Shown here: positions 54,938 through 64,000 of the stretch, piece by piece
How positions within the stretch are numbered: position 1 is the stretch's first letter
Layout of the letters: each line of letters begins with the position of its first letter
Source: Adineta vaga
Taxonomy: Eukaryota; Animalia; Rotifera
Assembly (NCBI GenBank): GCA_021613535.1
Contig: CP075492.1
Coordinates: 2,418,001-2,482,000, forward strand
Reading direction: 5' to 3'
Length of the DNA stretch: 64,000 nucleotides
Notes under the pieces: generated by a model
What the model saw: the letters and a program-made list of their open reading frames with translations, nothing else
Databases searched by the model: none
What the model was told of the DNA's origin: nothing
Program-made: the position numbers and the translations under genes

Positions 54938-55538
54938 AAAATATCAAGTAAAAGAAGTACAAGTTTTTATTGTTTTACTTTCACAATCGTAACGAAAGAT
55001 AAATAATATTATCTTCGCCGTGCAGAGAAAGTAACATATTTCTGTAGAATAAACATGACGGTGAAGTTTACAAAAAATTTTATCCTCAGCAGAACATTGT
55101 AATAACACAATGAAGTTCTTATCCCTATATGTATAATTAATTGAAGGAATACCATCTACATCCGATCCACGATTCAATAAAGCACTTTCTTTGACAAACA
55201 GACACACCGATACAATTGGTTCCTTCAGAAAATTGTCTACATCAGTTATAACTGTATTCTTCTTTTTATTGTCTTATCTGCATCAAACTTTGCTATTTTA
55301 AGTGAGAATGAAGAATACTGATAAATATGGTAAGTATGGTGGTGATGTTGTTGCATCACAAGTTACCCTTTAAGTGGAACATTTCTGCGTTTTAATCTAT
55401 TTAGTTCGCTAAAGAAAGGACTATATGGCGAACATTGATGGTCAAATAGATGTTCTTTTCAAAGCAAAATACAGATTCTATATCAAAAGTATTAGATATC
55501 CTTCATGACTGAACAAAACCTGATATATTTTTGTATTT

Positions 55539-55760
55539 CTAAAAATCATTTATGTATATGTAAGAGAATGAATCGGTAATTATGTTTTTGGTTTGCTGTA
55601 TTTCGCAACCTTTATTGCCGTTTTTCTTTATTTTACTCATCTTAACATGTTGAACAGTTTGTTTTACATAAACCTCGTCGTTTTGGAAAACTTCTATTAA
55701 ATGCCAGATGTCAGGATGTTTCTTTTCAATTCGATGGGCAAAACGGTTATGCCACCCTAC
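55539..55760 (-). mobile_element. MULE/Mutator transposase C-terminal relic
   Basis: GWHNRFAHRIEKKHPDIWHLIEVFQNDE matches the post-catalytic EGWHNRF...HPNIW motif. A half hairpin lies at 55803-55833. Confidence 0.7.
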
Positions 55761-56565
55761 ACGCATTTTAATTATATACAACATCGCAAATCAAGGAAAA
55801 TCTCACCCTAATCTACACCTTCGCCCTCAAGATAAACAATACTAATTAAAAGACCGATTTATATTTTCCTCTCGCCGACGACTGAAATAAATGTCGCCGA
55901 AAATTATTAGACAAAGTGATTAGACGAAATGTTTGTCGACTACTTTTCTTCTTTTTTCAATAGAATGAAAATAACATTAAATTCAAAACACACAAGAGAA
56001 ATAAAAGAAAAAAAGAAAAATAACAAAAGACATGTCAGGTTTGAAATTGTTCTTATTAGTCGCCATAAAATCGAAATATAGAATCTTTCATATAGACATT
56101 GTATTATTAATAAGTTTGTATTTAGTTGAATTCATCGACAATTTAAGAAGCTTTTCGATTAATATTTTAGATTCATATTTCGAAATAAACAATGGAAAGA
56201 TCAACGACTTTAAATAGAAATTCGACACAAATCAAATCAAATGGTAAGTTTCTTTTCTTTTATTTTCGTTTTTGAAAAATGAAACATGTTGTTCAATCCA
56301 TAGAGGAGGATGTTTCATCTCTTTCTTTTTTTCTTTACTCGTACTTTTACATTGTGTGTGTATAACTGTATAAACTATGTTTAAATTGAGAAAAGTATAA
56401 ATGTTTCTTTTTCTTTTCATCTTTCTAATTGTTTGTCATGAGCGAAAACATTTACAATAATAAAAAGCAGATTCTGTTTCTTTTGTGGGGGAAATCATGT
56501 TCGTGAAAAAGCTTCTCCTTCGACTTTTGTTTTCGTCCAAAACGTGCGCACGCTCGAAATAAATA

Positions 56566-57579
56566 ATGTTATGTGTACTTCACAAAGTAATGTTCAGCAC
56601 TTCCCCCTGGGATCGAATACGCTATGAACGGACACACTTAAAAGTAAATATTTGTATTTTAATTACTTTTTTAGAAATCAAATTTAACAAATGGGCACAA
56701 TATGCAAATACTATTGCTGGAGCAAACGGAGCAGGAGATAAACTATTTCAACTTAATGAACCTCAAGCTATCAAGGTTGATGAATTCAGTAGTATGTATG
56801 TTGTTGATCATGGAAATCATCGTATTGTTCAATGGAAATGGAATGGAAAACAAGGAGAAGTCATTGCTGGTGGAAATGGAAAAGGAAAACGATTGGATCA
56901 ATTACATGGACCAACAGATGTGATTGTTAATCAACTAAATTATTCCTATATTATTGCTGATCAAGGAAATAAACGAGTGATTCGCTGGTTGAAATATAAT
57001 CAACAAGAGGTTCTGATTGAAAATATTAGTTGTTATGGTTTAGCGATTGATAAACACGGAGATCTCTATGTTTCAGATACGGAAAAGAATGAAGTAAGAA
57101 AATGGAAAATTGGAGAAAAAGGAAAAGAAGGAATACTAGTAGCGGGTGGAAATGGAGAAGGAGATCAACTTAATCAGCTTTCGTCTCCGACTTATATCAT
57201 TGTTGATGATGAACAATCGATTTATATATCGGATAATTCGAATAATCGTGTAATGAAATGGAAAAAGGGTGCAAAAGAAGGTGTAATTATAGCTGGTGGA
57301 AATGGTCATGGTGATGATTTAAATCAATTATATGATCCTTCAGGATTAATTCTTGATCGATGGGGTCGAATCTATGTATCAGATCACTTAAATCATCGAA
57401 TCATGCGTTGGTGTGAAGGAAATTCAGAAGGTGAAATTATTGTCTGTGGAAATGGAAGAGGCGATAAATCAAATCAATTACATCGTCCTACTGGTTTATC
57501 ATTTGATATTCAAGGAAATCTTTTCGTTTCTGATCACTACAATGAACGAATTCAAAAATTTGATAGAATTTCTCAATGA
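56566..57579 (+). CDS. NHL-repeat beta-propeller protein (5' exon uncertain)
   Basis: Repeats of IAGGNGxGxxLxQLxxPxxIxVD...YVSDxxNHRI. Confidence 0.85.
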   Translation: MLCVLHKVMFSTSPWDRIRYERTHLKVNICILITFLEIKFNKWAQYANTIAGANGAGDKLFQLNEPQAIKVDEFSSMYVVDHGNHRIVQWKWNGKQGEVIAGGNGKGKRLDQLHGPTDVIVNQLNYSYIIADQGNKRVIRWLKYNQQEVLIENISCYGLAIDKHGDLYVSDTEKNEVRKWKIGEKGKEGILVAGGNGEGDQLNQLSSPTYIIVDDEQSIYISDNSNNRVMKWKKGAKEGVIIAGGNGHGDDLNQLYDPSGLILDRWGRIYVSDHLNHRIMRWCEGNSEGEIIVCGNGRGDKSNQLHRPTGLSFDIQGNLFVSDHYNERIQKFDRISQ

Positions 57580-57779
57580 AATTTTCAAATGTAATCACTC
57601 AATCTTTTCTAAAATAAATAATCTCAATAATACGATCATTAACAATCTCCGAGTATTTTTATTTCCTACTTGGTTTTTTCCCAGTAGTGTTGCATGCGTA
57701 TATTATAATGAGAATCAATCATGCATATCTTGTTTTTTTTATAATGACGCGCACAGGTACATTTTGAATAAATTCGCAA

Positions 57780-60700
57780 ATGAAATCGGCAGTAACAAAG
57801 AAAAAAACATTCGTTATAAGATCTTACGCATGGAAATGGCAACTTCTATGGATTGTCGGTTTTTTCTTCTTTATCATATTGATTCTTCATGTTGATGAAC
57901 CCAATGATAATACCGAGAAGTTGACCGAAAATGGTTGTTTCGAACCGAAAAATGGAAAACATTTATGTTATTGTGGTGATGAAAGTTTATTGTATGACCG
58001 TCTACTTGGAGAATATTGTTCTAATGGACAAATTATTCAAAGGTAAATATTTTCTAAATAATATATATACAAATTTTTCTTTCAACAAATCGTTTATCAG
58101 CAAATCAAATACACAGAACGAGTCTGTTCTTCGTTCGGTTATTTCAGCGATTCATCAATCAACTCGTGAGAAAAATGCCAATGCAAAAGTTGTGGCACTT
58201 CGTCAACAAAATAATGCAGATTATGTTCCACTTAAAAATGTATCTGTAGAAGCTAAAATTCATTGGTTTGCTGCTGATGTTACTTTAACTCATGTTTATA
58301 TCAATCGAGAAGAAAATCCTATTGAAGCAGTGTATATTTTTCCGATTGAGGTAATTGTTGTCAACATAGTATCTCTATAGTTATTTGAAATATTTCTTAA
58401 TAGGATAATGCAGCGATCTATGATTTTACAGCTGAAATTGACAATCGAATAATCAGAGCTGTTTTGAAAGAGAAAGAAGTGGCTCAAGCAGAATATGGCA
58501 AAGCAGTACAACAAGGAAAAACTGGTGTATTACTCCAACAAAGTCAAGAAACTTTGGATACTTTTCAAGTAAGTCATTTCCATTCTTACATAAAACTGTT
58601 CTAATGAATATATATATATATATATATAGGTGAATGTTGGTAATATTCCATCTGGTAAAGAATGTATCGTTAAAATTCGTTATGTAACCGAATTAGATTT
58701 GATCGATGGAAAATTCATTCGTTTTGTTATTCCTACAACTATTTCACCACGATACAATCCAAAATTAGGTGGTTTACAATCACCTAATCGTCAAGGAGCA
58801 AATTATGTTCAAAACACGCCATATTTCATGTTGTTTCGAGCTCAAATTGATCGTGGTGATCAAGGTGAAATAAATGAACGTTCGTTCTAGAATGAATTCT
58901 TTTTTTTTGTTTGTAGACAAAATCAAATATATCGCTAATCTTTCGCATCCTGTCAGTGTTAGTGCATCAAATCGGATGATTGAAGTTACTTCAGAAGACA
59001 TTGCACTCGATCGAGATTTTATTTTAGATATTGATTTACCATCCAATCGCCCTGAAATTCTCGTTGCTGTTGAACAAGTGGACAATTCAAATCGACATGC
59101 CATCCTTACTGCATTAATGCCTACGAAAGATTATCAGAAGAAAGATATAACAATTACAACTGAATTCATTTTTATCGGTATGAATTGTAGATTAAATGAG
59201 AGGATTTCTTATTCTTTACTCTAGTCGACTGTTCTGCATCGATGGAAAATGAACAAAAAATTGGTCTTGCTCGACAAGCAATGCTTCTCTTTGTACGTGG
59301 TCTTCCTATTAATTCTCATTTTAATATCATTCGCTTTGGATCAACTTTTCAAGTTCTGTTCGAAAATAAAGCGATGACTACCGTTTACAACGAACAAACG
59401 GTTAAACAAGCGGAGAATCTTTTACAATCAATGACAGCAGATTTAGGTGGAACAGAATTGTTGAAACCATTACAATATTTGAAAGATCATCCACCGATGA
59501 ATGGTCGACTTCGACGTGTATTTCTTCTGACTGATGGTGAAGTTTCAAATACTAATCAAGTATAGTATCATATATTAAGTCTTGAGAATTCTGTTTTTAT
59601 TTAAATAGGTAATCAATCTATGTGCTGCTATGTCATCAACAACAAGTATCTTTTCTTTTGGTCTTGGCTATTCACCTTCTCGTTCGTTAGTCAAAGGACT
59701 AGCTGAAGCTACAAAGGGTGCTTCTATTTTTGTTCCTCTTAATTCACCAGTCGATCAATATGTAGCGATTCAACTTCGTCAAGCACTTTCATCTTCATTC
59801 TCCACAGTTCGACTTCAATGGCATGGATTATCAACCACACCTCTTCAAGCACCTACAACCATTCCACCTATTTATGCAGATGGACGTGTTCTTGTCTATA
59901 CTTTTCTTGAAAATAGTGATCTAAATCGTAAAATGACACAGTTGGATATTGTGATGGATGATAACCAACGAGAGAAGATGGACTTAACGAATAGTATAAT
60001 ACGTCACACTAATACAATACGTCGACTAGCAGCAAAATCTTTAATCAAAGAATTACAATACAAACAACTAGATAACAGTCGTTCGTAAGTTAATCTGAAT
60101 CGATGATAAATATCTTATCTGATAGTAATCTTTAGAAAACAAATTATTCAACTTTCATTAACTCATAATATTTTATCGCCATTAACAGCATTTGTTGGTA
60201 TTGAAGAAAATAAATTGATACAAGATAACCGTCCTTCTCAAACTCGATATGTACCGATTCAAATAGCAAAAGGTGATGAACATTTGCTATATTCATCACC
60301 TATTGTAAATAATCGAGTGTCGAGATTTCTAAATATGCTTATACCAGTACAACAAGTCGCAGTGATGTCTCTACAACGCCGTCCATTTGATAAATTGATA
60401 ATAACATCGTAAGCAGTTAAATTACATTAAGCATAAGCAACTATTTTTATTTTCAGAACTACTCCTGGACCAACGGAGAATATGATTGCTTCTTTAACGG
60501 TTAATCCTGTTCGATGGCTGATTGAACATCAATCGTACAATGGTCTATGGATGTTAAACGATAATGAAATAAAACAATTGACAAACGGAAAAGCATGGAC
60601 TGAGTTCAAATTCGGGATCAGCGACAATAAAGATGTAATAACAACAAGTCTTGTAATTGCTTTACTTCAACTAAAATATGCCAATCAACACAGTCTTTGG

Positions 60701-60829
60701 ATTATCTTAGCGGAAAAAGGACGCAATCAAATGATCAATTTGGGATTAAGCAAAGATAAAATTGATTTACTTATCAAACAAATAAAAGATAAATTGCAGT
60801 TGCTAATGAAAATAAACATTTCACCATAG
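57780..60829 (+). CDS. VIT + vWA (VWA5A-like) protein with N-terminal TM and Cys-rich mini-domain, multi-exon
   Basis: NPIEAVYIFP, NVGNIPSG, PTTISPRYNP, FIFI|VDCSASM (MIDAS), ADLGGTEL, FLLTDGEV, FSFGLG, TAFVGIE. Confidence 0.85.
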
Positions 60830-61455
60830 GTGCCGTAAATGACTCATCTGGAATATTTACATTGACATTTTATACGAACATAAAAACAATGATTCATATA
60901 CATCTTATCTATATCAAACTTTGATGAGTCAAAATACAAATACAAATGTATATGTTTATTTCACATAGTTTGCCAACATATAATTTTCTTTGCAGAATAT
61001 TCTTTCCTTTGCGTTCAAAAGAAAAACTGAGATCGACAACTATGTAGTCTCATTGTCAGTTTCTTATAACTGATTTTAATTTTTTTTTAAATCGATGAAT
61101 ACAGAAACAATCTGAATTAGCTTGTGATAGACTAATCATTTACATGCCTTCACATGTATCGAACTATTCTTTCCAACTTGAAATATTTCTCACTCTTATA
61201 AACATTATATAATAAGTCGAATAGGAAAAAACCGTTTTCACTTCTAAAAACGAACAGAACGAACAAAGTAACTATTGCTTTTTATTACATATAACAAACA
61301 ATAACATATATTACGTATAGATTTAAGAAGAAAAGATTTGTTTCTTCACATTTCGTCATCTATCGTTATACACGCACAGCAAATAATGTCTTCGTTAGGA
61401 ACAAGTATCTTACAGTAATTATATATCATTATATCTTTAAATACTTATTTATAAT

Positions 61456-61701
61456 ATGTTAAAGTATAGTCAATTACTTTGCTTGTTCTTCTTGATGACA
61501 TGTATTACAAGTGCATTTGATCAGCCAATTGCTGATCAAAAGAAATCCAGTCCGAAGATCTTATCGAACGAAATAAATGCCATTGAAGCTAATACATTTC
61601 TTAAAGTACCATATTCGAAACACAATGGTCCAAACAAATGGAAACACTATCAAGAATCAGGAGAATACAAAGAATCGATCGATTCTTCCGAAGAACTTTA
61701 G
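61456..61701 (+). CDS. Small secreted peptide precursor, 81 aa
   Basis: Signal peptide MLKYSQLLCLFFLMTCITSA followed by a hydrophilic body and an acidic tail. Confidence 0.6.
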   Translation: MLKYSQLLCLFFLMTCITSAFDQPIADQKKSSPKILSNEINAIEANTFLKVPYSKHNGPNKWKHYQESGEYKESIDSSEEL

Positions 61702-61719
61702 ATTACCATTACTACGCCT

Positions 61720-61810
61720 TCTTGAGGATGTGGGTGGGTGTGGGTGTGAGTAAGGTAGATGTGGTTATTATTGCTTCATCCATACTCACCCACACCCTAC
61801 ACCCTCAAGA
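61720..61810. repeat. Telomere-repeat hairpin element (full copy)
   Basis: TCTTGAGGATGTGGGTGGGTGTGGGTGTGAG...CTCACCCACACCCTACACCCTCAAGA. Confidence 0.85.
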
Positions 61811-61899
61811 TATATGGTTTTATTCATAGTAGCAATTTACTAACAAATTATTTATGTTTTTTAACAAAATCAATTAAATTTTGAGATAAATAGTTTTTA

Positions 61900-62740
61900 T
61901 AATTAATCTTCATTTGATGAAGACGTGTTGCACATTGACATTTTTAACTGAAAAGAGCTTTTTGTTTGAATAATTCGATCAATTGAGGATTATTTGTACA
62001 CTCTAATGCAGTTTTTCCTTCTTGATTGATATAATCTGGATGTAATTGAATTGTATTCAAAAATATGTTAAAGATAATCCTTGCAATTAACAATTGTGAA
62101 TTGGAAATTGTTTGAAAAAGAAGATGTAAAGGTGTATTTCCTTTTCTATCAACTGCATTGACATCAAAATCTCAATCGATCAATAATTGAATAGTTTTAG
62201 GACAAAGAAAACTACAAAGAAAAATAAAAAGAAGATTTTCTTATTATTCATGTAATACTTACCGGATTTCAAGTTGCGATATATTTATATTAACACGTGA
62301 ATCACAACACAAATGTAAAAGTGTATAATGAGAAAATTTCGTATGAATATTCAATTGATTTATCCATCGAATCAATTTATATAATTGTTGTTGTTCATTT
62401 TGTTGAAAATTAATCTAGAAAAGAAATCAATCATTATGTAATCTTATTCTATTCTTGATATTACCTTTGTAGAAATATAAAGTAAATATAAAATATTTGT
62501 TATAAAACGATCACATGCTATTTTAATAATTCGAGTTTCTGATTCAGTTAACTTTTGATATAAACATCGAAATTGATTAATTGACAATTGAAAACTTTCT
62601 GAAAATATTCTTGTTGGAATTTTCAGAGATTTCAATAATAACATTCCTAAAACAATTTCACCGAGATCTCGCATAATATTAGAAATGTAGAACATTCTTT
62701 TTTTATGATCTTGAACTAGGTTAATTGTTTTCATGTGCAT
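61900..62740 (-). pseudogene. Decayed ankyrin-containing (FEM-1 C-terminus-like) gene
   Basis: TLLHLCCD, IQLLID*DFDVNAVDRKGNTPLHL (in-frame TGA), GKTALE. Confidence 0.55.
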
Positions 62741-62989
62741 CGTAGAATGTTGTACTCAACTGTGCAGAGGTCGCTATTTCATTGTTGAGTTAGAAGAAAT
62801 ACAACAATCATCTTTTCCAAATGCATATGGGTAAGACATTGCTATATAATTAGATATCACTGGAATAAAAAGTCACGCAAGCGCACGAGTTCTGTTACTG
62901 CAACACCTGCAGAAGTAAACTTGTAAATGACATTTTTGGTATGAATGAATACTTCACACATTGAATTCAAGATTAGTAAATATTCATTT

Positions 62990-63450
62990 ACAGAAAACAG
63001 GCATATTTCATGCAATTATTGGTATAACATATAATTTAGTATTAGATGGTTATCAAATTGATTTCGATCGTTATTCAAATTCATCATGTAAATTTATAAC
63101 TTATATTTTCAATTTTTGTCCATTTTTATCTGTATATATGTTAGTATTTGCTTCAATAGATCGAATTTTTTCAAGTTTATTAATTTTTATAATTGGAAGT
63201 GCAATATCATTTGATTTAATTGATAACGATGTTCTTCATCAATGTACAAGTTATTCAGCGAGTCGATTTAATCAAATATATCTTATTTTAGAAGTGACTG
63301 TTTATGTAATTATTGCACCTTGTTTAATGATTCTATTTGGTTTATTAACAATTTATAATATACATCAATCCAATCGAAATCATACAACTACTTTTCAATA
63401 TCGTCCAAATGAAAAACAATTAGGACGAATGGTTCTTATTCAAGGAGGTA
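62990..63450 (+). pseudogene. Partial class A GPCR with internal deletion
   Basis: SCKFITY..LVFASIDR, APCLMILFGLLTIYNI, KQLGRMVLIQ. TM1-2, part of TM4 and TM7 are missing. Confidence 0.65.
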
Positions 63451-64000
63451 TGTTCAGATTTCCAAAAATACCTACCGACACTATATACGACTAAACTTCC
63501 ATGTGTAAAATGTACAATCGACTACCTTATAAAGAAATTTTGGAAAGTTCCTGATATACATTTCAATCAAAACACATTCCGAAGAGAGAAGAACATGAGC
63601 GATAAACTGGAAATTTTCATCTACTGTCATCCTTTTTCTTCGTTATTAATTATAGGAAAAAAAAGGGTGCGAGAAATTTATCACCTGGAGATAATTACAT
63701 ATTCGAGCCATATTATGAGGATGTGGGCTCTTCCATTACATATTTATGACATTAACTGTAAGTTGAGAAAATTTGTTCATTAAAATATCTACTCTACTTA
63801 CATTCATTGTACGTGCGATAAGATGAATAAGAAAAAAAACTCTTTAATTAACATTATTGGTAGCTAAACTTCTCCCTGATATAACGCAGATGAACTGTTT
63901 TTTAATAATAATTATTGCAAATATTTTTCATGACTTTTCTAAAACCTACCTACTCCTTCAATTAAGTTATTTGAAAAGTAATGCATTCCTACATCGTACA

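Noticed and set aside
54944-55400. Possible decayed extracellular Cys-containing domain gene
   Set aside because: Too fragmentary to assign from sequence alone.

Overview
AT-rich eukaryotic DNA with many short (~50-60 nt) GT-AG introns. The gene-family mix (ART-TPR, NHL propellers, F-box/LRR, divergent class-A GPCRs, bacterial/fungal-type enzymes) and TGTGGG/TGAGGG repeats point to a bdelloid rotifer (Adineta/Rotaria-like; inference). The window holds about 20 genes plus many decayed fragments, several candidate horizontally acquired genes (MDR dehydrogenase, questin-oxidase-like, YbaY-like, Tmm-like FMO, DUR3), two palindromic CCC-terminated MITEs with 2-bp TSDs, and mariner and MULE relics. 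Highlights: (1) about 20 dispersed hairpin elements built from inverted telomere-type hexamers with CTTGAGGG...CCCTCAAG ends and variable spacers, lacking TSDs, often just behind stop codons or at gene breakpoints; (2) a caspase-like domain spliceable in frame onto a complete poly(A)-binding protein; (3) an intact Gq-like G-alpha with substitutions at three invariant glycines; (4) a large NHL-propeller/7TM receptor; (5) two small spliced genes missed by the ORF track (stefin-like, acidic hydrophilin-like). Exon models were read by eye, and family calls rest on motif recognition, not database searches.
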